NCBI GenBank assembly: GCA_014382285.1
Contig: JACNKA010000116.1
Coordinates: 1,395-65,394, forward strand
Length of the DNA stretch: 64,000 nt
Direction of reading: 5' to 3'
Source: Nitrospinota bacterium
GTDB taxonomy: Bacteria > Nitrospinota > Nitrospinia > Nitrospinales > VA-1
Shown here: piece by piece, positions 22,497-33,785 of the stretch
Layout of the letters: each line of letters starts with the position of its first letter
Position numbering within the stretch: position 1 is the first letter of the stretch
Made by a program: the position numbers and the translations under genes
The notes under the pieces: generated by a model
What the model saw: only the letters and a program-made list of their open reading frames with translations
Database searches by the model: none
Told to the model about the DNA's origin: nothing

Positions 22497-22928
22497 ATGA
22501 ATTCCGATAACCTTGAAAATGGCTTTATTGATAATGGGGATGGCACTGTCACCTCCAAGGCGCATAACCTGATGTGGTGTAAAACTGATTCTATGCTTGA
22601 TTTGAAGAAATGGGTCAATTATCAGGATAGTGTCGATTATGCGCGAGGGTTGAATGAAAATAAATACGCCGGATATGATGATTGGCGGCTCCCCACAAGA
22701 GATGAAATGTTGACCTTGTTTAATAAAAGTTTTGAGAATTCCGACCAGTTTGGCAAGACGATTCATATCAGCGATCAATTCGCCTCTGGCGGTGGATTTT
22801 CCATGATCGCGCAACAGGTTCCTGGTCGTATGCGTGTCTTTGTGCTCAATATTCGTGATGGAGAATTCAGCCAGCCTGACGGACTCTGGACCTTGACCGA
22901 AGCGGCAAGAGCTGTTCGTAACCTTTAA
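22497..22928 (+). CDS. DUF1566 (Lcl C-terminal-like) domain protein
   Basis: 143 aa. 'DNGDGTVTSKAHNLMWCKTDS' and 'YAGYDDWRLPTRDEMLTLF' match the DUF1566 pattern. Confidence 0.7.
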   Translation: MNSDNLENGFIDNGDGTVTSKAHNLMWCKTDSMLDLKKWVNYQDSVDYARGLNENKYAGYDDWRLPTRDEMLTLFNKSFENSDQFGKTIHISDQFASGGGFSMIAQQVPGRMRVFVLNIRDGEFSQPDGLWTLTEAARAVRNL

Positions 22929-22970
22929 AAAAAACACCGTTTTGCCAAACGGTTTAGTTGGAGAAATATT

Positions 22971-24956
22971 ATGAGCGAAAAAATCTATAACCCTCCTGAA
23001 TCTGTTTCCGCCAAAGCATGGATCAAGAGCATGGATCAATACAAGGAAATGTATGACCGTTCAATTAATGATCCTGAAAAATTTTGGGCGGATGAGGCAG
23101 AAAAGTTTACCTGGTTTGAGAAATGGGATCAGGTGCGGGACTATAATTACGATGTCAGAAACGGGGACATTCGCATTGAATGGTTCAAGGGAGCAAAAAC
23201 CAATATTACAGTCAATTGCCTGGATCGCCATTTGGAAAAACGAGGAGACCAGACTGCGATATTGTGGGAGGGGAACGAGCCCGGTGACAACCTTCGTTTG
23301 ACTTACCGCGAACTCCATGAAGAAGTTTGTAAGTTTGCCAATGTCCTGAAAAGTCATGGTGTTAAAAAGGGCGACCGGATTTCTATTTATATGCCCATGG
23401 TTGTTGAGCTATCAATTGCGATGCTGGCATGTGCAAGGGTGGGGGCAATTCACTCCATCGTTTTTGGTGGTTTTTCTCCTACGGCCTTGGCGGATCGCAT
23501 TGTGGACTCCACCTGTACAGTTCTCATCACCACCGATGGAGGGTTTCGCGGTGCCAAGCCAGTGCCTTTAAAAACCAATGCTGATGACGCCATGAAGCTG
23601 GCCGAAAAGGAAGGGGTCGTGGTTAAAACCTGCATCGTATCCCAGCGTGTGGGCGATAAGGTTCCAGCGGAAATGCAGGCAGGGCGGGATACCTGGTGGC
23701 ATGACGAAATGAAAAATGCCAGCCCGGATTGTGAAGCGGAATCCATGTCAGCAGAAGACCCGTTGTTTATTCTCTACACTTCAGGCTCAACGGGAAAACC
23801 CAAAGGGGTTCAGCATAATGTCGGGGGATACATGGTCTTCGCCGCGCTGACCCATAAATATATCTTTGATTATCAGGATGGTGATATCTGGTGGTGCACG
23901 GCGGACATTGGCTGGGTCACGGGTCATTCCTATATCATTTATGGGCCGTTGGCCAATGGCGCGACAACGGTAATGTTTGAAGGCATCCCTACCTACCCGG
24001 ATTGTGGGAGATTTTGGGATGTAGTGGATCGACTTAAAGTCACCCAGTTTTATACCGCTCCAACGGCTATTCGTGCGCTCATGGCTCATGGGGAAGACAC
24101 GCCGGCAAAGTATGATCTATCTACGTTGCGGGTTTTGGGCTCAGTGGGTGAACCGATTAATCCGGAAGCATGGCGATGGTATTACAAAAATGTGGGGAGA
24201 GGGAATTGCCCGATTGTTGATACATGGTGGCAGACTGAGACGGGTGGTATTTTGATCACACCTCTACCAGGTTGCACTCCGGCAAAACCTGGCTCTGCGA
24301 CCCTGCCTTTTTTTGGCATAAAACCCGTAGTGATCGAGGCAGAAACCGGTAAACTTCTTGAAGGCAACGGTGTTGAAGGTGTGTTGGCGATATCCCAACC
24401 TTGGCCGGGTCAGATGAGAACGCTTTATGGCGACCATAAACGCTTTGAGGAGACTTATTTCAAACTTTACCCTGGTTATTATTTTACCGGTGACGGTTGT
24501 CGCCGTGATGAAGACGGTTATTACTGGGTCACGGGAAGAGTCGATGACGTTATCAATGTGTCCGGGCATCGGATGGGAACGGCTGAAGTGGAGTCGGCTC
24601 TTGTGCTTCATGAGTCCGTGGCCGAAGCTGCTGTCGTAGGGTTTCCACATGACATAAAGGGGCAGGGCATCTATGCCTACATTTCTCTTATGGATGGAGT
24701 GCAGGCTGATGACGCGTTGAAGAAAACTCTGGTGCAGTTTGTCCGGAAAGAAATTGGCCCGATTGCAGCGCCGGATGTCATACACTGGGCTCCAGCACTG
24801 CCTAAAACCCGTTCAGGGAAAATCATGCGGCGCATATTGAGAAAAATTGCCGCCAATGAGGCCGATCAACTAGGAGATATCTCGACGTTAGCGGACCCTT
24901 CTGTTGTCGAAAGTCTTAAGTCTTCTTATGTCGCAATGTTTTCTGGGAAAAAATAA
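22971..24956 (+). CDS. acs: Acetyl-CoA synthetase (AMP-forming)
   Basis: 661 aa. '[12 protein letters not shown]', 'WWQTETGG', '[24 protein letters not shown]' and '[16 protein letters not shown]' are present. Confidence 0.95.
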   Translation: MSEKIYNPPESVSAKAWIKSMDQYKEMYDRSINDPEKFWADEAEKFTWFEKWDQVRDYNYDVRNGDIRIEWFKGAKTNITVNCLDRHLEKRGDQTAILWEGNEPGDNLRLTYRELHEEVCKFANVLKSHGVKKGDRISIYMPMVVELSIAMLACARVGAIHSIVFGGFSPTALADRIVDSTCTVLITTDGGFRGAKPVPLKTNADDAMKLAEKEGVVVKTCIVSQRVGDKVPAEMQAGRDTWWHDEMKNASPDCEAESMSAEDPLFILYTSGSTGKPKGVQHNVGGYMVFAALTHKYIFDYQDGDIWWCTADIGWVTGHSYIIYGPLANGATTVMFEGIPTYPDCGRFWDVVDRLKVTQFYTAPTAIRALMAHGEDTPAKYDLSTLRVLGSVGEPINPEAWRWYYKNVGRGNCPIVDTWWQTETGGILITPLPGCTPAKPGSATLPFFGIKPVVIEAETGKLLEGNGVEGVLAISQPWPGQMRTLYGDHKRFEETYFKLYPGYYFTGDGCRRDEDGYYWVTGRVDDVINVSGHRMGTAEVESALVLHESVAEAAVVGFPHDIKGQGIYAYISLMDGVQADDALKKTLVQFVRKEIGPIAAPDVIHWAPALPKTRSGKIMRRILRKIAANEADQLGDISTLADPSVVESLKSSYVAMFSGKK

Positions 24957-25062
24957 ACGGCTCACTCGGAGTGGAGCCAATGTGTAATAACTTGTGCTGA
25001 CAACTAAAGAGTTGGCCAATAGAACCCCTGCCCAATGGGAGTGGGCGGCAAGCAGAAACGGG

Positions 25063-25100
25063 ATCATGGAGTCGAATGAGATTCAACTCCATGATTTCTC
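25063..25100 (+). terminator. Possible intrinsic terminator downstream of acs (weak)
   Basis: ATCATGGAGT(25063-72) pairs perfectly with ACTCCATGAT(25086-95): 10 bp with a 13-nt loop, followed by TTTCTC. It lies 107 nt after the acs stop, and the T-tract is poor. Confidence 0.3.
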
Positions 25101-25254
25101 ACCCCTACAGTGAAAAGAGAAAGGTGCCCCTTCCTCCCCAAATGTTTGAGCGTCTTTAATTTATAACAACCAGTGGGATATTAAGCTATTGTAAGCGAAT
25201 TCAGACAAGTGTCAATTAAAAGTTTTGATTTTTCGCGGATAAGTTGTTAATGAG

Positions 25255-27612
25255 CTAGTTTGGACTTGTTTGGAGGAAGTAAAAAGGGGAGCCTTCTTTG
25301 GTTTTCAAACGCTCTTCGGTAATAGCATGTTTGGCTTTTACCAGGCCTTTTTGTGCTGAGTTATTCAGGGGTTCCAGGCGAATTGCGGTTGTGAAAGCGG
25401 TTCTGGCTTCGAGAGCACGGTCTTGCTTGAGGTAGGCCCATCCCAATCCATCGTAGGCATCAGGCTGGCTTGAGTTTAGACGGATTTCCTCGTTATATGC
25501 GTTGATGGCCTCGAGGATATTGTCATTGATAAAGCGAGCCCTTCCAAGTTTAGTTCGGGCTGTTGTCTGCATCTGAAATGGAGCAATGGCGTTGGAACCG
25601 GTCACCTCTTCAAATACCGGGTTGGGATCAGGATTCAAAGCCAGGCATTGCTCCAGCATGGTTATGGCTGAATCATATTTTCCCAGCCGAAAATAAATAT
25701 AACCCATTCCTTTGCGAGCTTCAGATTTGTTGGGCTGGATTTGTAAAGAGTATTTGAACATTTGCATGGCTTGTTGATTCAATTGATTTTGATAGTACGT
25801 CCAGCCCAGGAAATTATAGACCTGCCATCCGAAGCGTTCCTTTTCCAGTAATGTCAGAAATTCCGGCGTCATGGCAAAATCAGGATCGAGAGAAATTGCT
25901 TTGAGAAAATACTCGATTCCCAGATCAAAATTTTTCCAATTGTAGTGAATCCAACCAAGAGCCATATAGGACGAAGCGCGCAGAGGATGATCTTCTAAAA
26001 TATTTTCGAAATATTTTTGAGAAACATTCAGGGACTCGCCTCTCAGAATACTCCAGTCGAGCTTGTATGCAAGATCCTTATTTTCAGGATCATGTTTCAA
26101 AGCTATTTGCAGATAGGGAATGGCATCCTGATAATTTTTTATGGCAAACAGGGAAAGGCCAAGCCCTTTAGCAGAAGATGCTTTGTAATCTTCATGCTCG
26201 ATGGATTTTGAAAACTTGTCAATGGCATACTCATATTGCTTCTTGTAGAACTGGCTCCAACCAAGCCCGTTGTAGGCGTGGGCAAGGTTAAATTGAGGTG
26301 ATGGCCAAGTGTCATCTCCTACATAGTCGTGATAAATTATAGTGGCTAACTTGTAGTCACCTTTTTTGAAAGCCTGATCGGCTTTATATAACTGCTTGTC
26401 CAAAGCCAGTTGCACTTGCTCAAGCCCGAGTTTAGAGGGATTGTCATTGGGCGAAAACTTTTGTGCATACAAAAAGTACTCCCGGGCTTTTTCGTATTCT
26501 TTGCGGGCAAGAAAAATCTTTCCATACTGATTGTAAAGGTGAGCCCAGTCGTCGTACCGATCGAGTAAATCATCAAGTTTGTTTGCGGCAAGTTGGTATT
26601 TACCCATATCTATATAATTTTGCACATAAACGGCTTGGTGCTTTTTGATTTCTTCAATTTCCCGCAGGCCTTTGAAGGCTCCTATGAATTGTGGGTAAAG
26701 CTCCAGGATTTCCTTGAAGGTCTTTTCTGATTTATTGATTTGTTTTGCATGCAGAAGGCTCCAGGCCAGTCCGTTCACTGCATCCAGATTTGGTGAATTT
26801 GATCGGGCCAAACGGTCAAAGAGGTTAGAGGCCTTGGTGTATTTGCCCTGATAATAGCTTTCCCAGGCTGAATCCAGGGCATTTATGTCATCTGCGGGCA
26901 TCCCTAAAAGAAGACTGCGGTATCGAGGAAACTCAACCTGCAAGGTAAATATAGAACTGGATTCAGAGTTAGAGGGAACGATCTCCCAACGCATGGTAGC
27001 ATCATCCCGGTTTGAGGCTTCCCACGCTTCCAATAACTCGTTCACCTTTCTGGGGTGAAGAATTTTTCCCAGTTCTTCTTTTGCCAGTTGGCTCCGCATT
27101 TGCTCCAGATAGATGAAGGCCTTCCCCTTGTGAACTTCGTAAGAGTCTGGAGAGAACCTTTCGGCGCGCTCAAAACTGTCCAGAGCTTGTTGGTATTTCT
27201 TTAAGGTAAAATAAGACCAGCCCATACCCAATAAAGGGGTGGGGTCTTTTTTGTGCAGAGTGTGAGCCTGCTTGAAAGATGCTAATGATTTGTCAAAACG
27301 CTTTTGGAAAAAATAAGCCCAGGGCAGCAGATGGATAGCTTCTTTGTTTTCCGGTTGATTGGCGAGTGTTTTCTTTAAATAAAATTCAGAAGAGGCATAT
27401 TCTCTGCGATTGAACTGGTGTCTGGCAAATTGCAGATTAATATCCTTGTCCAACCCTAAGGCAGGACGATAGCTATCCTCGGCGGAGTTGACAATATTGC
27501 TCATGACCTTGCGTGTTTTCTGGTAGCTTTTTTCCAGGGTACTGCAACCTGCGCCCAGTAAGATCAAAAGGATCAAAACGATAAAAAGCCTGAATGGTAT
27601 TATGATTCGCAA
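25255..27612 (-). CDS. Large TPR-repeat lipoprotein
   Basis: 785 aa with a lipobox 'LLGAGCS'. It has many 34-residue TPR-like units (e.g. 'A...L..A..L.P.....A...LG.....G.Y..A'). Confidence 0.8.
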   Translation of the reverse strand: MRIIIPFRLFIVLILLILLGAGCSTLEKSYQKTRKVMSNIVNSAEDSYRPALGLDKDINLQFARHQFNRREYASSEFYLKKTLANQPENKEAIHLLPWAYFFQKRFDKSLASFKQAHTLHKKDPTPLLGMGWSYFTLKKYQQALDSFERAERFSPDSYEVHKGKAFIYLEQMRSQLAKEELGKILHPRKVNELLEAWEASNRDDATMRWEIVPSNSESSSIFTLQVEFPRYRSLLLGMPADDINALDSAWESYYQGKYTKASNLFDRLARSNSPNLDAVNGLAWSLLHAKQINKSEKTFKEILELYPQFIGAFKGLREIEEIKKHQAVYVQNYIDMGKYQLAANKLDDLLDRYDDWAHLYNQYGKIFLARKEYEKAREYFLYAQKFSPNDNPSKLGLEQVQLALDKQLYKADQAFKKGDYKLATIIYHDYVGDDTWPSPQFNLAHAYNGLGWSQFYKKQYEYAIDKFSKSIEHEDYKASSAKGLGLSLFAIKNYQDAIPYLQIALKHDPENKDLAYKLDWSILRGESLNVSQKYFENILEDHPLRASSYMALGWIHYNWKNFDLGIEYFLKAISLDPDFAMTPEFLTLLEKERFGWQVYNFLGWTYYQNQLNQQAMQMFKYSLQIQPNKSEARKGMGYIYFRLGKYDSAITMLEQCLALNPDPNPVFEEVTGSNAIAPFQMQTTARTKLGRARFINDNILEAINAYNEEIRLNSSQPDAYDGLGWAYLKQDRALEARTAFTTAIRLEPLNNSAQKGLVKAKHAITEERLKTKEGSPFYFLQTSPN

Positions 27613-27825
27613 AGTCCTACTCCGTGACAGGAAAAGATGTATCTCTTAATTTATCGGTATTTGGGCGAAAAATTTAAGCTATTTATTGGGGTAATATGTG
27701 GATGTAGCCCTATTTTTCAACTTATTTAAAGAAAAACCCCTGTGATTTCTTAAAGTTTAGATTTATTTTTGAAAAACCCCGGTAAAATGGTATCATTCAG
27801 CCTTTTCACAACTCCTGCTAAAACA

Positions 27826-28725
27826 ATGCGTTTTTATAAAATACTTATTAGTGTCTGTCTTTTTTCTCTGTTTTCCGCTTGCACTGACAAAACTGAAGAA
27901 CATGTGGGTGAAGAAATGCATCCCAGCTTTTCTGAACTGCCGGAGGTGTCGGAAGAATTCTCTTCATCCCCCAAGCAGAGGATCGTACCGATCCCGCTTT
28001 CTCCTGAAGATCAGGCAAAGGCCGACAAAGCTCCTGAAGGGATGGTGTTCATAAAAGGCGGGTGTTTTATCATGGGCAATGATTACACTCAGGAAGATGA
28101 AAAACCAGAGCATGAGGTTTGTGTGGATGATTTTTATCTGGATAAATATGAAGTGACTCAGGCACGCTGGGAAAAACAGATGGGTTTTAATCCTTCCAGG
28201 TTCGTGGGAGCAGACTTGCCTGTTGAACAGGTCAATTTTCTGGGTGTGCAGAAATTTATCAAGAAATCCAATAGTGCTTGTCGCTTGCCCACTGAAGCTG
28301 AATGGGAATATGCGGCGCGGGGAGGATCCACTACCCGCTATTTCTGGGGTAATATGGTGAACGAAGATTACACTTGGTATGAAGACAACTCAGCAGAAAC
28401 CACACACCCTGTTGGGACTAAAGCTGCCAACCAATATGGTCTGCACGACATGATGGGGAATGTCTGGGAATGGGTCAACGATTGGTATGAACCCTATTAT
28501 AAAATCCGCTCTAAAAATAATCCTCAAGGGCCGGAGACAGGAGAATCAAAAGTTGTTCGTGGCGGTTCCTTCGATTCCTCAGCCGGTGCATTGCGCATCA
28601 CCAACCGGGTCTGGTTGCATCCAAAAAATAAAGTATTTCCGAAAGTGACCACCTACGGTCAGATCATGAACGAAGTCTTTAACTACATAGGCTTTCGTTG
28701 CGCCCAGTCTCTCCCTAAAAAATAA
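27826..28725 (+). CDS. FGE/SUMF1-family domain lipoprotein (second paralogue)
   Basis: The track ORF starts at TTG 27769. The ATG at 27826 gives the lipoprotein signal MRFYKILISVCLFSLFSAC. FGE motifs are present: 'MVFIKGGCFIMGN', 'CRLPTEAEWEYAARGG', 'GLHDMMGNVWEWVNDWY', 'VVRGGSF'. Confidence 0.85.
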   Translation: MRFYKILISVCLFSLFSACTDKTEEHVGEEMHPSFSELPEVSEEFSSSPKQRIVPIPLSPEDQAKADKAPEGMVFIKGGCFIMGNDYTQEDEKPEHEVCVDDFYLDKYEVTQARWEKQMGFNPSRFVGADLPVEQVNFLGVQKFIKKSNSACRLPTEAEWEYAARGGSTTRYFWGNMVNEDYTWYEDNSAETTHPVGTKAANQYGLHDMMGNVWEWVNDWYEPYYKIRSKNNPQGPETGESKVVRGGSFDSSAGALRITNRVWLHPKNKVFPKVTTYGQIMNEVFNYIGFRCAQSLPKK

Positions 28726-28837
28726 CCTGTCCGAGACGAAACCCGCACAGACTTTTAAAAGACAATAGCTGGAATTACCTTGTCAGATCGGGATACCGGT
28801 TGTTTGCCCTGCAAAGTTACGGCTATTAGCCCCGCGC

Positions 28838-29266
28838 TTAGCGGCACTCGCTACACAGGCCGAACATGTCGAGTTTGTGAGAGGTGATGGTGAATCCGTT
28901 TCGGCTGGCGACTTCTTCCTGAAATTTTTCAATGAGGGGATGGTTGAACTCGATGATTTTTCCGCACTCGGTACAGATCATGTGGTCGTGGTGGCTGTGC
29001 ATATATTTATGCTCGTAGCGTTTTTGACCGTCGCCAAAATCCAGATCCGAAGCCAGGCCGCTCTGGGTGAGCAATGCCAGGGTGCGATATACCGTCGCCA
29101 GCCCAACTTTAGGTTCGGTGATGATGACTTGATTATAAAGTTCTTCGGCACTGACATGTTTCTCGCATTCAAGAAAGGCATTGAGGACAGCGCGTCTTTG
29201 CTTGGTGATCTTCAGCTTATTTTGAACAATATAATCTTCAAGAACTTCTAATTCTCTGCTAGCCAT
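28838..29266 (-). CDS. fur: Fur-family transcriptional regulator
   Basis: 142 aa. It has a winged-helix N-terminus (..LATVYRTLALL..), the metal sites 'HSHHDHMICTECGKIIEF' and a C-terminal 'CSEC'. Confidence 0.85.
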   Translation of the reverse strand: MASRELEVLEDYIVQNKLKITKQRRAVLNAFLECEKHVSAEELYNQVIITEPKVGLATVYRTLALLTQSGLASDLDFGDGQKRYEHKYMHSHHDHMICTECGKIIEFNHPLIEKFQEEVASRNGFTITSHKLDMFGLCSECR

Positions 29267-29386
29267 AATATTTTCTATGTAAGATTTTTACAGGGTTAAT
29301 CTAGCACGGTCACTCAGATGGGTCAATCACAGGACTGATCTTAGATGCATGACATCAGAGAAAATTTTTGCCCAAGAAAAAAACTA

Positions 29387-30646
29387 TTATGAACTTTCGG
29401 AAAATTTAGCTATTTCTGTTGCCAGTTCCTGGGCAGGACATTCTATTTGCTCGCCGGTCTCCATGTTTTTCAATAAATATTTACCGGAACAGATTTCATT
29501 TTCTCCAAGAATCAGGGTAAACCGGCACTGGGTTTTGTTGGCTTTACGCATTTGGCTTTTCATGCTGCCCGCGTCGTAATCTCTTTCGATGCGAATTCCT
29601 TTTAATCGCAGTTCGTGGGCAATTTGAAATGCTGCGGTTTTGGCTTCGTCTCCAAGGCAGACAATAAAAATATCGGGGTTTTTCTGCAGTGTTTTTGCAT
29701 TATCAAAAGGTACCAGCGAAACCAGGCGTTCGAGACCCAAGGCAAAACCAAAACAAGGAGTGGAGGGGCCATCAAGCTCTTCGACCAGAGTGTCATAACG
29801 TCCGCCTCCGCAAATGGCATTTTGAGCGCCTAAATTTTGCGAGGTGACCTCAAACGCGGTGCGGTTGTAATAATCTAATCCGCGAACCAGGTTGGGGTTA
29901 ACAGAGTAGGGGGTTCCGGCCGAGTCTAGTAGAGATTGCACTTCCGAAAAATGTTCGGCACTGGCTGGGTCGAGATGGTCAATGAGTTTTGGGAGTCCTT
30001 CTGCAATTTTACCGCATTGCTTGCAATCGAGAATGCGCAAAGGGTTGCGCTGGTATCGGTTTGTGCAGTTGGAGCAAAGTTGATCCAGATGTTTTTCGAT
30101 TTCTGTTATTAAGATTTCACGATAATGAGGTCGGCATTCCTGGCTGCCCAGACTGTTGATCTGAAGTTGGGTGTCGGTGAGTCCTAACTGCTTGAAAAAC
30201 TCCATGAGCATGGTCATCACTTCCACATCCACAATTGGACTGGGTGAACCCATAGCTTCGACCCCAATTTGATTGAACTGTCTTAACCGACCTGCCTGCG
30301 GCCGCTCATAGCGAAACATCGGGCCAATATAAAACATCTTGAGTATCGAAGGGGGGTTGTACATCTTATGCTCTACATAGGCACGCACCACCGATGCGGT
30401 TCCTTCAGGGCGAAGCGTGATGGAGTCACCACCACGGTCTTGAAAGGTGTACATTTCTTTTTCGACGATATCCGTGGCTTCACCAATGCTGCGGGTAAAC
30501 AGCCGGGTGTTTTCAAAAATGGGTAGGCGTATTTCCCTGAAACCGTATCGAGGAAAAATGTTATGGACGATGGATTCAATGTATTGCCATTTCCAGATTT
30601 CATCAGGCAGAATATCTTTAACACCGCGTATGCTTTGAATTTTCAT
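29387..30646 (-). CDS. hisS: Histidine--tRNA ligase
   Basis: 419 aa. 'MKIQSIRGVKDILP', 'FRYERPQAGRLRQF' and 'GGGRYD' are class II HisRS motifs. Confidence 0.95.
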   Translation of the reverse strand: MKIQSIRGVKDILPDEIWKWQYIESIVHNIFPRYGFREIRLPIFENTRLFTRSIGEATDIVEKEMYTFQDRGGDSITLRPEGTASVVRAYVEHKMYNPPSILKMFYIGPMFRYERPQAGRLRQFNQIGVEAMGSPSPIVDVEVMTMLMEFFKQLGLTDTQLQINSLGSQECRPHYREILITEIEKHLDQLCSNCTNRYQRNPLRILDCKQCGKIAEGLPKLIDHLDPASAEHFSEVQSLLDSAGTPYSVNPNLVRGLDYYNRTAFEVTSQNLGAQNAICGGGRYDTLVEELDGPSTPCFGFALGLERLVSLVPFDNAKTLQKNPDIFIVCLGDEAKTAAFQIAHELRLKGIRIERDYDAGSMKSQMRKANKTQCRFTLILGENEICSGKYLLKNMETGEQIECPAQELATEIAKFSESS

Positions 30647-30737
30647 AATAAATTAGATGATGGGGATTAAACAGGCTGGGAAAAGCGACTCCGTGTATAT
30701 AAAAAATAAATATTAAATTTTCGCAGGTTGCTCAGGG

Positions 30738-31772
30738 TCATCCGCTTAACCATTTGAACCAACCGCCTTTTTTCACTGTAGCGGACAGACGCTGTTCTGC
30801 TAACTCCACATCTTTTTTGCTGCCGATGAACAGAGGCAGACGGTCGTGAATGCCGGTTGGCGTAATATCCAGAATGCGTTGCTTTCCTGTAGAAGCTTTT
30901 CCTCCCGCATTTTCAACTATAAAAGCCATTGGTGCGGCTTCAAAAGAAAATCTCAACTTCCCTTTAGGACTTTTCATATCCCGGGGATACATGAAGAGCC
31001 CCCCCTTCAACAAAGTTCTGTGGAAATCCGCGACAAGAGAACCGATATAACGTAACTTGTAGGGCCGTCCTGATGCGGGAGCATCTTCCTTTAAGTAAGA
31101 GACCAGGTCCTTTTGAGGTTCATCCCAAACTACCCAGTTGCCTTCGTTGATGCTGTAAGTCGAGCCCTGCTCTGGGATAACTAGATTAGGATGGGAAAGA
31201 AAAAACTCACCCAGAGCCGGATCAAGCGTAAACCCATGAACACCTTGACCGGTTGTGTAAACAAAAATTGTGCTGGAACCATAAGCGATATAACCGGCGG
31301 CAATTTGTTCATCCCCTTTTTGCAGGAGATCTTCATCTGTGACCTGGTAGCCTGGGCTTTTCTTTCGGTAAATGGAAAATATTGTTCCGATACTGACATT
31401 CACATCAATGTTGGAAGAACCATCCAGAGGGTCCATCATAAAGATATATTTTCCGGGATTGTCTTCCTGGGGGATGATAAAAGCCTCTTCCCTTTCTTCA
31501 GAAGTGATGGCGCACACCGTGCCGGATTGTCCGATGATTTTGGTGAACGTAATATCAGCAAACTCATCGAGTTTTTTAACTTCTTCCCCTTGAACATTTA
31601 TTTTTCCGGTGAGCCCAAATATATCCTCTCCTATCCCTGCGCTGTTGACTTCAAGAGAAATGATTTTGGCTGCTACCATGATTTCATTCATCAGGCTGGT
31701 GAACTCTCCGGTAGCACCGGGAGTGGCATTTTCCTGCCGCCTGATGTGTTGAACCAAGGTTGTATGTTCCAT
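30738..31772 (-). CDS. fbp: Fructose-1,6-bisphosphatase class 1
   Basis: 344 aa. 'MMDPLDGSSNIDVNVSIGTIFSIY', 'YGSSTIFVYT' and 'KLRFSFEAAPMAFIVENAGG' are present. Confidence 0.9.
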   Translation of the reverse strand: MEHTTLVQHIRRQENATPGATGEFTSLMNEIMVAAKIISLEVNSAGIGEDIFGLTGKINVQGEEVKKLDEFADITFTKIIGQSGTVCAITSEEREEAFIIPQEDNPGKYIFMMDPLDGSSNIDVNVSIGTIFSIYRKKSPGYQVTDEDLLQKGDEQIAAGYIAYGSSTIFVYTTGQGVHGFTLDPALGEFFLSHPNLVIPEQGSTYSINEGNWVVWDEPQKDLVSYLKEDAPASGRPYKLRYIGSLVADFHRTLLKGGLFMYPRDMKSPKGKLRFSFEAAPMAFIVENAGGKASTGKQRILDITPTGIHDRLPLFIGSKKDVELAEQRLSATVKKGGWFKWLSG

Positions 31773-31946
31773 ATAGATCCAATTCTCGGACGAGCGTTAA
31801 TCCGGTTTTTTATTTAAGAAGGCTTGTTCGTCGAAAAGTCTTAGGGGCTTGAAAAACGAAACAATGTTTTTCAGAAAGAAGCCCTGATATTTGAAGGTCG
31901 TTGATTCTACAACATTTCAAAAATCAGGGCAATGAAAATGGAACAA

Positions 31947-33785
31947 TCAGGATACGGAAACAGGAATGCTGTTTCGTGTTCTTCCATATCTTTTTCTGTC
32001 GTTTTCGTTCAGGATTTTTTTCCGTAAGCGTATGCTCGTAGGGGTGATCTCCGCCAGTTCGTCTTCATTGAGAAAACCAAGAACCTGTTCGAGGCTCATG
32101 ATTACCGGAGGAGTGAGAATAATATTCACGTCAGACCCCGATGCACGCATATTGCTGAGCTTTTTTTCCTTGCAGAGATTGACCACCAGGTCATTATCTT
32201 TTTTGTTCGTGCCTACAATCATTCCGGTATAAAGCTCTTCACCCGCTCCGACAAACATGGAACCTCTTTCCTGTAAATTGAACAGGGAGAAGCCAGTAGT
32301 TTTCCCACTTTCCATGGCAATTAAAGCACCATTGATGCGCTGGGCAATTTCACCACAATGTGGAATGAAGTTGTGGAAGTTGCGATTGATGATTCCCGTA
32401 CCTTTGGTCAATGTTAGAAATTCAGAACGAAAACCAAAAAGACCACGTGTGGGAATGACGAACTCAAGTCTCGCCGTGGTTTCTCCTTGAATCATGTTTT
32501 TCAGGGTGGCCTTACGTTTCCCCATAGCCTCCATAACAGAGCCCATATGAGAGTCGTCAATATCGAGGATCACAAATTCTTCCGGCTCATGCGCAACACC
32601 ATCGATATTTTTGATCAAAACCTCCGGACGGGAAATGGAAAACTCATAACCCTCCCGGCGCATGGTTTCTATTAAAATAGTTAAGTGCAATTCTCCACGT
32701 CCAGAAACCTTGAAAGTGTCTTGTGTATCGGTTTCCTCCACTCTCAGAGACACGTTGGAACGGGTTTCCCGAAACAAACGATCGCGCAATTGTCTCGATG
32801 TGACAAACTCACCATCACGGCCCACAAAGGGTGAGGTGTTGGAACAAAAGTGAATGCCTAGAGTGGGTTCGTCAATTTCAATGACCGGGAGTGGTTCCGG
32901 GCAACTGGTGTCCGCAATGGTTTCGCCTATCTGCACTTCTTTCATCCCGGCAAGGCCGATAATATCTCCCGTGGTTGCTTCTGCCGATTCTACTTTTGAC
33001 AAGCCCTGGTAAGTATAGAGTTTTGAAAGAGAAAAGGTTTCCATGTCTCCCTGACGATCAATCTGGGTGTAGCTGGCTTTGGCCTTGATATGTCCACGTG
33101 TGATTGTGCCGATTGCAATTCTTCCAACATAGTCGTCATAATCGATGGAGGACACCAACATCTGGAAAGGACCTTCGGGGTCTCCCTGATGAGCAGGAAC
33201 TTTGTCGATAACCATATCGAGAAGCGGGGTGATGTCGCTGTCGGGGTCTTCAGGGTTCAGTCTGGAAATCCCTTGTTTGGCCGAAGTGTAAATGACAGAA
33301 AAATCCAATTGTTCGTCATTCGCTCCAAGCTCAACGAATAAATCAAATACTTCATCAACGACCTGTTCAATGCGCGCTGCAGGGCGGTCGATTTTGTTGA
33401 CAACAACTATGGGTTTGAGTCCCAATTCGAGCGATTTTTTCAAAACGAATCGCGTCTGCGGCATCGGGCCTTCCACTGCATCAGCAAGAAGTAAAACTCC
33501 GTTGACCATTTTTAATATCCGTTCCACTTCACCGCCGAAATCGGCATGCCCGGGTGTGTCAACGATATTAATTTTATACCCCTTGTAGTTTATCGCCGCA
33601 TTTTTGGAAAATATGGTGATTCCCCGTTCTTTCTCCAATTCATTGCTGTCCATGATGCAGGTTTCCGTGAGCTCACTGTCCCGGAACATTCCGCTCTGTT
33701 TAAGGAGACAATCGACCAAGGTGGTTTTTCCATGATCAACATGAGCAATGATTCCAATATTTCTGATAAATTCCTGATTCAACAT
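31947..33785 (-). CDS. typA: Translational GTPase TypA/BipA
   Basis: 612 aa. It has the G motifs 'AHVDHGKTTL', 'DTPGHADF' and 'NKIDR', plus a BipA-typical C-terminal domain. Confidence 0.95.
   Translation of the reverse strand: MLNQEFIRNIGIIAHVDHGKTTLVDCLLKQSGMFRDSELTETCIMDSNELEKERGITIFSKNAAINYKGYKINIVDTPGHADFGGEVERILKMVNGVLLLADAVEGPMPQTRFVLKKSLELGLKPIVVVNKIDRPAARIEQVVDEVFDLFVELGANDEQLDFSVIYTSAKQGISRLNPEDPDSDITPLLDMVIDKVPAHQGDPEGPFQMLVSSIDYDDYVGRIAIGTITRGHIKAKASYTQIDRQGDMETFSLSKLYTYQGLSKVESAEATTGDIIGLAGMKEVQIGETIADTSCPEPLPVIEIDEPTLGIHFCSNTSPFVGRDGEFVTSRQLRDRLFRETRSNVSLRVEETDTQDTFKVSGRGELHLTILIETMRREGYEFSISRPEVLIKNIDGVAHEPEEFVILDIDDSHMGSVMEAMGKRKATLKNMIQGETTARLEFVIPTRGLFGFRSEFLTLTKGTGIINRNFHNFIPHCGEIAQRINGALIAMESGKTTGFSLFNLQERGSMFVGAGEELYTGMIVGTNKKDNDLVVNLCKEKKLSNMRASGSDVNIILTPPVIMSLEQVLGFLNEDELAEITPTSIRLRKKILNENDRKRYGRTRNSIPVSVS

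Noticed and set aside
22464-23039. 191-aa minus-strand ORF opposite the DUF1566 gene and the acs start
   Set aside because: The plus-strand ORF carries recognisable DUF1566 motifs and the acs start is secure. The antisense product has no motif and overlaps both.
24264-24785. 173-aa minus-strand ORF
   Set aside because: It is antisense to acs.
24957-25254. 298-nt gap after acs checked for a tRNA or small RNA gene
   Set aside because: I found no cloverleaf or T-arm (GTTCRANYC) pattern. Only two hairpins are present (24961-24980 and 25063-25095), and these are better explained as terminator-like structures.
29267-29386. Autoregulatory Fur box upstream of fur
   Set aside because: The region is AT-rich, but I could not find a 19-mer with a good match to the consensus.
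31191-31817. 208-aa plus-strand ORF
   Set aside because: It is entirely antisense to the class 1 FBPase gene, whose motifs are unambiguous.
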